Of a DNA stretch of 64,000 bases, positions 1 through 12,181 are shown piece after piece. Source of the stretch: Podarcis erhardii (lineage: Eukaryota); NCBI GenBank assembly GCA_964252035.1, contig OZ176207.1; one strand, written 5' to 3'. The stretch's first letter is position 1. Every line of letters begins with the position of its first letter. A model generated the notes under the pieces. It worked only from the letters and a program-made list of their open reading frames with translations, was not told the origin of the DNA and searched no databases. The translations under genes were made by a program, and so were the position numbers.

Positions 1-1049
1 AATCAGCACGACTACTAAAACTGCTATACTGAATTTGCTGAATGCTTTCCCCCAGAAGACAGAAAATCAAGCATCCGATACACTATGCAATGCCATAAAA
101 GTTTCTTTCAAAATTGGTCTTCATCTTTCACTACAGAATATGCACTGGCAACAAACTTTTTGACACATTAGGAGCAATCCAGCATTAATGTATATGAAGC
201 AGCAGATACAGGGGTGTGCAGCCGTATGCCCTTGCCAGATTGCCTTTCCATGGGAAAGCATTCCCAGCCAAAGAGGTGAGAGGGCATCTAACATTGTTAT
301 GACTCAATAGTCATTTGTAACCTATGTTACTACAACATGGAAGCATGACTGGAGATGTTATAGGTAGAAATACTAGTCACATGCCACACTCAGCTACATA
401 CATACTGTTGACCACAACTGTTCCAACTGGTCATAATTTCTAATCATAAATTGCAAATGCTCTTAGCTGTTTTGACTGTTATGCAAAGGGGGAAAGAGAT
501 TTTGGGTTCATGATGCAGACATATTTTGGTCAGCATATAGGGCAATACAGGGACTCCTGTTTTTCCCTATTGCTCATTGCCTGTGTTTTGTCTTTCTAGT
601 ATATGGTTTTTGGAGGTGGGGAATTGATGCATTTTATATATTTATTTAAAATAATTATATAGTACCAGTCCCGCACTCAAAGAGTATCTAGGTTGTGTAT
701 AATATTGATTTAAGACCATATAAGCACCAGTTCAATGCAATAATATGCATAATAAAGTACAGTATATAATACTTTTGTCAGCAACTTAGTGGAGTTGAAC
801 ACCAATGGCCAGCAAATACTTGGTCACATAGATACATCTTTAAGTTGATGAAAACACTGCACCGTACATTACTATTGAATTCAAAAGTGCAGACTGTTCC
901 ACCACAGAGAATGCCATCCTTATGATTTCCAGAACATGTATTGATGCAGGTAAGGAGACCACCAGGAATGCCTCCACTGAAGATCTTGGTGAATAGATGA
1001 ATTGATATGAGAACAATCATTATCTTGAACAATCTTGTGCTAATTTGTT

Positions 1050-1277
1050 TTAGAAAGGATGAGGTAACATGTTGGAGAATTTAGGAGTGCTTCATTAATC
1101 TTTTTCTGACATGTTGGGACAGTCTCCTTTGGGAAGTTGTGGACTCTCCTTCCTTGAAGTTTTTTTTTAGCAGAGGTTGGATGGCCATCTGCCATGGATG
1201 CTCTAGCTGAGATTCCTGCATTGCAGGGGGTTGGACCAGATGACCCTTGGGTCCCTTGCAACTCTATGATTCCATGA
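1050..1277 (+). mobile_element. CR1 LINE 3' end fragment (duplicate at about 15210..15435)
   Basis: GGAAGTTGTGGACTCTCC...GATTCCTGCATTGCAGGGGGTTGGACCAGATGACC...CAACTCTATGATTCCATGA, a typical reptile CR1 3' end. Start is approximate. Confidence 0.75.
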
Positions 1278-2329
1278 GAGACAGACTACTTGCTCCACTC
1301 ATTGATCAAACAAAGGCTGTGCATGAGCTCTATTCATTCTGTAACCAGGAATAACCAGTCACAGGACCTGAGGAGTGTTTTACAACTGACAGCTTCCATC
1401 AATGCTTCACCATAACATACATTGTGCTTTTCCAATCAGACCCAACTGTGTATGAGTTTTAATTTGTTTTAAACTATTCTGTTGTGATTTAACCTTTCTG
1501 TGTGCTTTAAATTATGGCTGTCATTTTTAAATATTATTTTTATTCATTTTTAATAATATAACCATTTAACAATGTAGAACATTTATATACTCTCAATCTG
1601 AAAAATACAAAAACACAGATCTCCACTGTTTGTTTAAAACTTCCTTGTCTCAAACCACAAAATAGGCATTTTGTTCTGCCTTCAACCCTTTAATGTTCAA
1701 TTTCCCTTCCCTTCTTCTTGAAGCCAAAAAGCAGCTCACACACTGAATGTAAATTATCACCAGCTGATGGACAAATCTCCCTCAGTTATAAATTATAACT
1801 GTCCCAAAAATAATTAAGAAAGGGAGGCTTTTGCAGATCCCATACCCATCACAGCTCTTTCATGGCTTTGGGGCAAGATGTAAATTCCTCAGCTCTCAAG
1901 TCACTTAACCCCCATCCGAGTTCCTAGGAGCTGACTGCTTCTTAGTCTCTTGAACACAGAAAACAGCTTTTTCAAAGCACCAGAGATTAATCCCTTGTTC
2001 ACTCTTTTTTCCAAAATGAATATGGGAACCAAGACTTATGTCTGGCTATCATCAATCACCATGTAATTATCTCTGTTGGCTGACCGCCAACAAAAGATAT
2101 TCAATCCACTATTTCCTTCCCCACAACACATAAAAAACTCTCCACAAACTTCCTAATATTTAGTTTAATAATAATGAGAAGTTTGCCAATAAATAGAAAA
2201 TTTTCAAACTTCTTGAAGAATATACAATGTAATATATTTTTATGTCTGTTTTTCTGGGGGGTTTTTTAAGACATAACATTAAAATAGCTACATATTCAAT
2301 TTTAATCATACTACGAAGGTAGGAAAAAA

Positions 2330-2373
2330 GGAAGGAAGGAAGGAAGGAAGGAAGGAAGGAAGGAAGGAAGGAA
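2330..2373. repeat. (GGAA)n microsatellite
   Basis: About 11 direct GGAA units; paralogous positions at 16454, 21930 and 47081. Confidence 0.95.
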
Positions 2374-2708
2374 GAATAAGCACCGTCTCCACTCAAACAT
2401 GCTATGTCGTCCTGTGGTCCGAGATTGTCACCCTAAGTCAGAATGCAAATGTGCATCTGGATAATTCTGACTGAGGCTCCCCCCAACTTGCAATTTTGCC
2501 CTTCAACAACTGCTAGAAGGCCCATTTCATTAGCTTGCTCTGCAGCAGTAGCAGCTCAGTATACTCCCTACCTACTTCCCTGGTGACATGGCCTGAATTG
2601 TCTGGGTGCCAGTTTGATAACACCCACTGTTTACAATTAAACTCTCAAACAAGTGATAACACACCTAATTCCCTTAAAAAAGAAAAAAAAGAATGCAATA
2701 TAACTCAC

Positions 2709-5138
2709 CGTGCTGTCATTTTCCTTTTCAGAAATTAAATTACCTCCACTGACCATCAAAGAAATGTCAGAGTTGCCATTGCAAAGGAGGTTCTCTGCTA
2801 TTTGGACTGTGGGCTGCAGGAATGTCAGCTCATTCCTCCTGGATTCAGAGGACAAACAGACCTGATAGGAATAAGGCAAAGTTCCGTCTTCATAATTGGG
2901 TGGGAATATGGCACCAGCCTTTGAGTGGGGGTCAGGAATAAAGCACTGAAGGAAAGTGGGGTTCCTTGACCTTCGAAGCTTCATCAGAATGGTCAGAATC
3001 ACCGTCACCAGGAATAGAAAGGAAACCAAGGTCAAGGCCAATACCAAATAAAACTGTAGATCAGACTGATACTCTGAGTCATTTGGTTGGGAGTTCATTT
3101 CCGGAAGAGCCTCCTGGAAGTTCTCAGCAAACACCAGGCTCAACGTTGTGGTGGCTGAGAGAGGAGGATGCCCATTGTCCTTCACCAGGATGACCAGCCT
3201 CTGCTTCACAGCATCTCTCTCAAGTAATGCTCGGACTGTTTCAACCTCTCCGGTGTGGGAGCCAATGCTGAAGAGTGAGGGCTCTGTGGCCTGCAGGAGA
3301 TGGAAGGAGAGCCAGGCATTGTGTCCTGAATCAGAGTCCACGGCCACCACCTTCGTCACCAGATAACCCGACTCAGCTGACCGAGGCACCATCTCAAAGA
3401 AAGGTGAGCCCTCTGTTGATTGTGAGGGGTACAGGATCTGCGGAGCGTTATCATTTCGATCCAAAACACATACTGTCACTGTGGCACTGCTATTGAGTGG
3501 TGGAGAACCTCCATCTTGGGCCTTCACTTGAATCTGAAACTCCCTGAATTGCTCATAGTCAAAGGAGCGTTGGGCATAGATGATCCCAGTCTCAGAGTTA
3601 ATGGAGACATAGGAGAAGAGAGGCAGGTCCTTGATGTTGCTGTTAAGGATGGAGTAAGTGATTCTGGCATTGCGATCCAGATCTGCGTCAGAGGCCTTGA
3701 CGTGGAAAATTGAAGCTCCAGATGGGTTGTTCTCTGGAATGTAGGCAGTGTAGGAAGATTTTTCAAAGTCTGGTGGGTTATCATTGATATCTGAGATCTG
3801 TATAGATATGGTTTTGTGTGTGGAGAGTGGAGGGGTGCCTTTGTCTGTGGCTGTGATTGTAATATTATACTCAGGAGTCCTTTCTCTGTCAAGGGCACCA
3901 TCTAAGAGGAGCTTGAAGTAATTATCCAAAGATGAGACTATAAGGAAAGGTACAAGTTCCTTCAGGTGACAAGTGACTTCTCCATTATCACCAGAATCCC
4001 TGTCCTGAACTTTAATGAGAGCAATCACAGCTCCAGATGTGACATCTTCCGGAACTGGGCTGGACACGGATGTAAGGATCACATCTGGAGCATTGTCATT
4101 CTCATCAAGAACCTCAATCTCCACATTGCAATGTGCCGCCAATCCTCCTCCATCACTTGCCTGAATTATCATCACATAATATTGACTTTCTTCAAAATCA
4201 ACACTTTCTATGAGTGTAACTGTTCCATCTCTGGGATCCAGATGAAATTTCTGCTCGGCTGTTTCTGGGATGTCACTGAAAGTGTAAGTGATCTCAGCAT
4301 ATGACCCTTCATCACTGTCAGATGCTTTGACTTGAAGCACAGAGGTTCCTTTGGGTGCACTCTCCTTCAGGCTCACTTTATAGATTGCCTGGGTGAACAC
4401 AGGGGCATTGTCATTAGCATCAAGAACTGTTACCAATATTTTGGCTGTTCCGGTTTTTGGAGGTTCTCCGCCATCCATGGCTGTAAGGACCATGTGGTGT
4501 GTGTGTTCCTTTTCCCTGTCCAGTTGTTTCAGCAATATTAACTCTGCATATTTGCCACCATCATTGCTGTTTTGAATTTCTAGTTTGAAATATGGAGTTG
4601 AGCTTAATTGATAATTCTGGAGGGAGTTTATTCCAATATCATCATCTTCAGCATTTCCAAGAGCAAATCGAGTTCCTGGCAGAGTAGATTCACTAAATTT
4701 AAGCTCAATATTTTCATTCCGGAAATGTGGGGCATTATCATTGATGTCCTGGATAAAAATATTTACTTGGAAAATATTCAAAGGATTGTGTGCCACAACT
4801 TCTAATTTGAGGACACAAGTGGATGATTTACCACAAATCTCTTCCCGGTCTATCCTCTCATTCACATACAGGTTGCCATTTTGTTCATTCAAATCAAAGA
4901 ATTGCTTTTCTGAAGAAATACCAAGCTTGCGCTTTGACAGCTCTCTGACATCCAACCCCAGATCTTTAACAAGGTTCCCCACAAAGGAGCCCTGCTCTGC
5001 TTCCTCTGGAACTGAATACTGAACCTTCTCAGACACTACCTGGCAGCAGAACACAGAGCAGAATATGAACAGAAACAGTACTTGCCTCCTGGTGATCTTC
5101 CTTGTTCTCTCTGCCTGCTTTACTTCCATCACATCCAT
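2709..5138 (-). CDS. PCDHGB: Protocadherin gamma-B-like variable exon (B1), 810 codons to splice donor
   Basis: ORF 2637..5138: signal peptide RQVLFL, EC1 YSVPEE, Cys-X5-Cys, six cadherin repeats (DxNDNAP, LDRE), TM, gamma-B type tail [13 protein letters not shown]; donor ACG|GTGAGT after 2709 (phase 0). Symbol is subfamily-level only. Confidence 0.95.
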
Positions 5139-5371
5139 TGCATTTCCTGATTTCTTCCTTCTTTCAGTATAGTCTGCAAGGCTCCCAGTACACTAATGTG
5201 AGATAATAGAAATGTTCTTCTTTTCAGCTGATCCTTGGGAAACTGAGAGCTTTCCTTTCTTGAGCAGCTTTTAAAAGAAAAGCTTTTCCTTTCTGCTTCG
5301 CTGATGTGTTAAGAGAGAGAGAGACTGCTCCAAGAGTCTCGGAAATGCTGAGCCATGGCTGCTTCCACGTT

Positions 5372-5410
5372 GTCCAACAGTGACACACTGAGTCCACATG
5401 GGGAACTGTA
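5372..5410 (-). promoter_or_regulatory. Pcdh conserved sequence element (CSE)/CTCF-type site of B1, CACT variant
   Basis: Minus strand TACAG-TTCCCCATGTGG-ACTCAGTGTGTCACTGTTGGAC, about 234 bp upstream of the ATG; matches the position and form of the Pcdh CSE. Confidence 0.75.
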
Positions 5411-6780
5411 TTTGCCATTTCAATAATGGTACATAGTATATAATTTCTAATGTAGAGAACTGCTTTTAATTTACCCTTTACCATTGTTTTCAAGTTGTAA
5501 TCCTCAATGGATTACTGATCAGACCTTATAGTTATTCACTCCATAAGAGCTCTTTTCAGTATGCAGGTCAATGAGACCAGAGTTCCAGATTTCTTTCTTC
5601 CATGCTTAATGTGCATTAAAAAAATCTAAATAATATTAGGAAATTATCACAAGTGAATTTTTAAAACGTATTCCTGTCAGAGGTTCAGCTTGTGATAATT
5701 TTAGGTTGACCCACACAGTGATGTGTTTTCAGCCAGTGCATATAAACAAAATATATTTGTGAATAGGAAAATAGTGATGGGCCTTATACTAGTTCATATT
5801 TATTTTCCATTTAGCCCTGTATTGTTTCAACAGGCAGAGCCTTTCTCTGCTACTGATTAGAGAGGTGCTCAAAGGCAACTTCCAGTGTAATATTTTAAAA
5901 TATAGTTTTATTTCCTTAAATCATGTGCTACTTTGCAATGCCTTGGGCTTGAAAAAGAAATCATTACTGCATTTGTTTTGCAAGATATTTTTATATGATG
6001 CTCAATGTGATCATCCCGTAATCTCCTTTCAAGAAGAGATGATATGTTTTTGCTACAATTTGAGGGCAGTAGTTGTGGGTGAGGAATATTTATTATCTAC
6101 ATCTTCTAAATTGGAAAGGTATCCATAGGTAGACAAATGGTAATATCCAGTTGGTTCAATTCAAAAGCCATTCGTACTTTCTTTTTGTAGCTTTCCTTGA
6201 AATCCCCAACCTGAACAACTCAAGAGTTTTTTTTGAGAACATAAAAAGTATGTATTAGGAAAGTGCAGACCAGTCAGTTTCAGTTCCCTCTGTTTCTCAG
6301 TTTTCTAATCTTAAATTCAGTTCTTGACATCTCTTCAGCAATTTGTGGTTTAAAAAGAGGTAACCTGGTGAAAATTAGGCAGAATACTATTTCCCAGGGA
6401 AAGCTCACAAGCTGGATTTTACTTGAGCTGTCAGCATACAACTATTCTCTATAGTTGGTGGATGGACTATTGTGGGATATTTGCTCAAGGTGGGATGGAA
6501 AGTCTCCTCACAGCCAGACTCCTGCCAGGCAGAGCCTGGCCACATCAATTATACCATTGTGTATTCACTTCTGTCCTCATGGAACACCTGTCATCCCATG
6601 ATGACTGCTGTTCTACCATACATAGTTCTCTTCAAACAATCAGCAACACAGAGTGGGAGACGGTGCTGATTTCTCCCCTACATCATACACAAGAAGGGAC
6701 ATGTGAGACAAGTATTTTATGTATGATGCCTTCTTTAAGGAAATGTCCCCCTTTTTCAGAAGGCAAGAATTATGCAAATA

Positions 6781-7112
6781 CAGTGGTGCCTCGCAAAACG
6801 AAAAGAATCCGTTCCGCGAGTCTCTTCGTCTAGCAGTTTTTTTGTCTTGCGAAGCAAGCCCATTGACGGCTTAGTGGATTAGCGCTATTAGCGGCTTTTA
6901 GCGGCTTATCAGTTTAGCGGATAAGCAGATAAACGGCTTAGTGGCTTAGAAAAGGGGGGGAGGGGAAAAACCCGCAGGAACTCGCAAGACATTTTCGTCT
7001 TGCGAAGCAAGCTCATAGGAAATTTGTTTTGCGAAGCACCTCCAAAACGGAAAACCCTTTTGTCTAGCGGGTTTTCCGTCTTGCGAGGCATCCGTCTTCC
7101 GGGGCACCACTG
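6781..7112. mobile_element. Tc1/mariner (Tigger-like) MITE, family 1
   Basis: TIR CAGTGGTGCC...GGCACCACTG, flanking TA on both sides, internal palindromic arms and TTAGCGG-like subrepeats. Confidence 0.85.
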
Positions 7113-9178
7113 TAAGCCCATGGCATGCATAGTCCTCACAATGGAGGATCTGCATCACACTTTTTCTTACATTCATGTTGGAGAGGATGGGACAAAATCT
7201 TTTCATTGCAACTTTAATCAACAGCATAGACGATGTGCCCTTAAGATGAATGTTGGCTAAATTCATTGCCCTCTGAAACAATTAACTTGCTGCTGCTCTC
7301 TGCTGCCAACACTATATATATATATAAAATAGGAAAGGTAAAGATCTACCATTGAATATGTTTCCTGTTCTGTATGGAGAGAGCCAACAAGGTTTCCCTA
7401 AGGACCTGGACTAAAACAAGTTGCACTATTTATAAAACAAATTATGTTTCATAACTATTAAAAGTACAATATATTACATTATCTGCAATGTGCCTTGTAT
7501 CCATAGCACAAAAATCTCTACGTGTGCATTATTCTTTTAAATATTTTCTTTTTGTAACAGAAAAAACACTAAAAGCCCAAAACTAACAGATGTGCATTTT
7601 ATTAATGTGATCAAGAGGATTTACCACTTGCATTTACAATAATGAAAAGTAACTACTGTTAGCACTATTTTTGTCTGGTGTTCCAATAATCCCTAAATAA
7701 TTCCCACTTTCTCTTAAACGTCAAACAATTTTGTGGGAATCCAAGCATCCTCCCAGCATACTTTTCATTGTGCAATTCACACATTAGTAGAACTTCAGGA
7801 TAGTCCTTCTATGACATTGTCAGAAATGGTCACGCAAACAACTTCCCCAAATTTCAGCACGTTACCATTCATTGTTTTCCTTACAGGAACAAAAAACAAA
7901 AACCCCACATGCCTCATAAAATGTCCCCCAAATACATCAATTCTTGCCACTGTAGTGTGTTTACAACACCAACCATGAAAGCATATTTTAAATAGAAAAA
8001 TATAAGCGACATGTCACCAAAGAGCACTGGAATCAAAACAGCTTACAGTCATGTGACAGAGGAGTAAAGAAACTTGCAATCACATTTCCAGTGATGCACC
8101 CATTGTAGCAGTGTGGAACTCCCTAGAAGAACACACCTTCGGCTGAAGCTGTTTTCATTCAAATTACGGGGAGAAGGCAACACACGACACCTTCTCTGGG
8201 GTTCAAAATTCTACCCGTACCTTACACTGGAAATCCTATTTAAGTAGAAAATACCCCCCCCCCAAGCCATTTGTGTGTTGCTGCTGTAGTTAAATAGCGG
8301 GTGAAGGTTGCAAATTACAGCGAGCATTATGCAACCAATCTTACAATACAATTGCTTGTAAATTTCTTCCCAGAGTCTCCTTACCATTGAATCTCCTCAT
8401 TTTATCATGCTAAAATATACCAACAGCCAAAATAACTCAGCCAATAAAAGGGTTAAGTAAATTCATTGTTACTTTTTTAAAAAGGTATTGTAGCAATGAG
8501 AATCTCAGTATCAGCTTATTGGTGGGCAGTTGGGTATGTAGTGGAAAGAGGTTACTGGATGAAAGATGGGAATGAACACTTACTTGTCATAGGATACTTG
8601 GCCCTAGTTTTCATGGAGGCAGCATAACTAAGCTTACCAGTAGCAAGGCAGGTGAGGGCTCACATTTATATACTTATTTATTGATACAGGTTTTTTAAAG
8701 AGTCTTAAAAATATGAAATAAAAGCCAAATACAACATACTAAGTTAAAACAATTAAGAATGCATTAAATCAATCTCACAGGAACTCACATGCTGAAGCCT
8801 TGTTCAAAGCGGGAGGAGATGAATACACCTCCACATGAAAATAGGTTGAGCCTAGCCTTCTCCTATACATCTCCCATGCATGATAGTTTTCAATTTGTAG
8901 GGAACTATAGATGTGCAAAAGGTTTTGTGAGCCTCCACCAGCAGTCCAAAATAAGAGACAAAGACTGATCATCTGATGCATCAAGATAAAGATTTGTTGA
9001 AAGAAGATACTTCACAGAAGGATCACATATAAAGTAATAACTAAAAGAAGGCGGGCTGAAAGGAAAAGAAAGAAGACTGACATAGTTCTGAATATAATGA
9101 GAAAGCAGAGGCAGATGGGAAATATATTCTGATATTAACAAAACAAAAAAGCATGTTAATCTAAAATTGTTTGCTCAC

Positions 9179-11581
9179 CTGGACTACGATTAAGCCTTCA
9201 TTGTTCAAGTTTAAATCTTCACCAGGTAGGATTGGATCCTTTGCCTCACAAGCTTCTTTATTGCTCAGAGTATTGGAATAATTTGCCTTTCTAGAGTCTG
9301 TAGTGAGAGAAACCTCCTGGCAGTAGGAGTGCAGAAATGCTCGGACTCCGTCAATCCCCACAAACTGTGAGATAGGAGCACCACTGAAATTCACACTCCC
9401 CGTCTCAAGCAGCTGAGAATTTCTCCATCTGTGCAACCTGACAGCCAGTAACACGAGGAGGAAGATGAAGAACAAGCAGGAGACAAAAGCCACTGCAAGG
9501 ACCAGGTAGAAGGTGAGGTCAGACGGAGGCTCTACAGGAGCTGAGATGCTGCTCAGGTCTGAGAGGATTGCAGGGATGGTGTCAGCCAGCACCACAGTCA
9601 GAGTGGCTGAAGCAGAGAGAGGTGGCTGCCCATTGTCCTTGACTAAAACCACCAGGCTTTGCTTGAGGGCATCTTTCTCCAGAAAGAAGCGGGCTGTCCT
9701 GATCTCTCCCGTGTGGAGCCCCAGAGTGAAGAGCCCTGGCTCGGTGGCCTTGATCAGCTGGTAGGAGAGCCAGGCATTCTGGCCAGAGTCCGCATCCACG
9801 GCCACCACCTTAGTGACCAGGTAGCCTGGCTCAGAGGAGCGAGGGGCCAGCTCTATCCCTGTGGAACCATCAGTGGGAGGGGAGGGGTACAGGATTTGGG
9901 GAGCACTGTCATTCTGGTCCAGGATGAAGAGAGTGACTGAGACGTTAGAGCTGAGTGGTGGAGAACCTCCATCTTGAGCCTTTACACGGAACCGAATGTC
10001 TCGAAACTCTTCATAATCAAAGGAGGTCAGAGCATATATAACCCCTGTCTCAGAGTTAATGGACAGGTAAGAGGAGAGGCGGGAGTCACTTCTTTGGTCA
10101 TCAGTGATGGAATATGTTATTCTGGCATTTTCTTCCCAGTCAAGATCATTTGCTCTTAAAGAAGAGACCATGGCTCCTCTTTGGTTATTCTCAACAAAAT
10201 AGAAAGTATAGTCTGTTTTTTCAAAGAGGGGTGGGTTGTCATTTGTGTCTAAAACATGAAGTGTGATAACTGTGACTGTAGAAAGAGGGGGGACTCCATG
10301 GTCAGTAACAGTGACAGTAATATTGAAGACTGACACCTGTTCCCTGTCAAGGGCACCAACAGTCACCAAACTGTAAAAGTTATCCATGGACTTCTTTAGC
10401 TGGAAAGGGAGGTTGCTAGGGATTGAACATGTGATTTCCCCATTGATTCCTGAATCTCGGTCTTGGACATTTAAAATGGCAATTACCGTTTGGGATGGTG
10501 AACTTTCAAGTATGGTGTTGGTGGCAAAGGTAACTGATAATTGAGGTGCATTGTCATTCAAATCCATAACAGATATCACAATTTTTGATTTGTCACTCAG
10601 GCCTCCTCCATCTTTGGCTTGTATCTCAAATGCATATAAAGATGATTCCTCATAATCAAGATTCCCAATAAGGATGATTTCACCTGTTGTGGAATTTAAT
10701 AGAAATATTTGGGAGTCGCGCTTTGTAATTTCTTGGAAAGAGTATTTAATGTCTCCATTGATTCCTTCATCCATATCAGTCGCTCTCACTGTCAAAAGTG
10801 TGGACCACTTGGGAATATTCTCATTGACACTCACTTCATAGAGAGGTTGGCTGAAAAATGGTGCATTGTCATTTGCATCAAGGACAGCGATGTGGATTTG
10901 TAATGTGCCAGATTTGATAGGATCACCTCCATCAGTAGCTGTGAGAAGCAAATCGTAAGATGATTGTTCCTCTCTGTCCAGTGACTTTTCCAACACAAGT
11001 TCAACAAGTCTGGCACCATTTTCTTTTGTTTGCACATGCAAAGCAAAATTGCTACTGCCTGTGAGTTGATAGGTCTGCACTGAATTTGTCCCCCAATCTG
11101 GATCTTGAGCTTTGGGTAGAGGGATCTGGAATCCAGGTATAGATGCCTCACTGATTTTCAGCTCCTGTTCCCATAGAGGGAAGTGGGGAGCATTATCATT
11201 TATATCCGTAATTTCCACTTCAATTCCATAAAGCTTCAATTTGCTTTCAACAAGAACCTGAAACTTCAACATACATTTCTCTGCCTCTCTGCAGATTTCC
11301 TCTCTATCTATTCTCTCAGATATCTGCAAATGGCCATTGTTGGCATTCAAAGAAAAGTACTGAATCATACCTACAGGAGACACAATGCGGAGTCCATGGT
11401 TTGGGAGCTGCTTGCCATCCATTCCCAGGTCCTTTGCAATATTCCCCACGGAAGAGCCTTTGTGCATCTCTTCTGGAATGGAGTAGTGGATCTGACCAGA
11501 AACTGCCTTCCAATAAAACATCATGAAAAGGCACTGGAAAATTCCCTTTCTGCAATTCCACAGCCTCTGAATTCCTTCCAT
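9179..11581 (-). CDS. PCDHGA: Protocadherin gamma-A-like variable exon (A2), 801 codons
   Basis: ORF 9161..11581: QIHYSIPEE, six EC repeats, TM, gamma-A tail [23 protein letters not shown]; donor CAG|GTGAGC after 9179. Confidence 0.95.
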
Positions 11582-11767
11582 TCTTGCAGCAGGTTAAAGA
11601 CCCTTAGATTTTTGTTCAAATGATACTGTATCCAACTCTTTTCTAAGGAAAATTCACTTCCATTTCTTCTTTACACTGACAAGCAGCTTGTTCCTTCAGA
11701 TATTTTGTGTTTGTGTTTAACGGAAAGGCAACTTCAACTGGGCAGGATTTCACATTTCTTCTCCATT

Positions 11768-11808
11768 CTGGTCAACAGTGACACCCAGAGGATCAAGCCC
11801 AAACTGCA
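11768..11808 (-). promoter_or_regulatory. CSE/CTCF-type site of A2, CACT variant
   Basis: TGCAG-TTTGGGCTTGAT-CCTCTGGGTGTCACTGTTGACCAG, about 187 bp upstream of the ATG. Confidence 0.8.
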
Positions 11809-12181
11809 AAAACTTCAGATATAGCTAGGATAACTATTCTTTTCCCTTAGAATTTACGCACTAAGGATAAATAAGAGTGACGACTTTTGTTGCTGTAATC
11901 AAATTGAAAGGGAGCAGGAAAGACAAGTGTGTTTAGGGTTCCTGCCCTGCCCCATTACTGGAATTTCTGGAATAAATGTTATGGATCTTTCTCAGCAATG
12001 TTTTCTGCTCACTTTTCTCTAGATTTTTTCTTGATGTAGAAACAACACTAGTAAACCACCAGTACATCCTTGTGACCTCTGACACTTCACTCCTCTCAGC
12101 TCCTATTTGTTCATTCACATCTCTACGCTGTTCACCTTCAAACTGAATATTTATTTTTTGGTACATGTTACATAAGCCCTA

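Larger units (their letters stand above)
1..5420. repeat. Segmental duplication unit (B1 with flanks), copy of about 14022..19500 (B3 with flanks)
   Basis: AATCAGCA(C/G)GACTA at 1 and 14022; colinear intergenic and exon similarity throughout, including a shared CR1 fragment. Confidence 0.9.

Noticed and set aside
781-1035. Plus-strand stretch reading VDENTAPYITIEF...YENNHYL, faintly cadherin-like
   Set aside because: Multiple stops, no LDRE or other supporting motif, and disrupted in the paralog; likely chance. A profile-HMM search with the cadherin domain would settle it.
2637-2708. ORF-track C-termini as the true protein ends
   Set aside because: Every ORF crosses a consensus phase-0 donor at the same position; the real C-terminus should come from constant exons outside the window.
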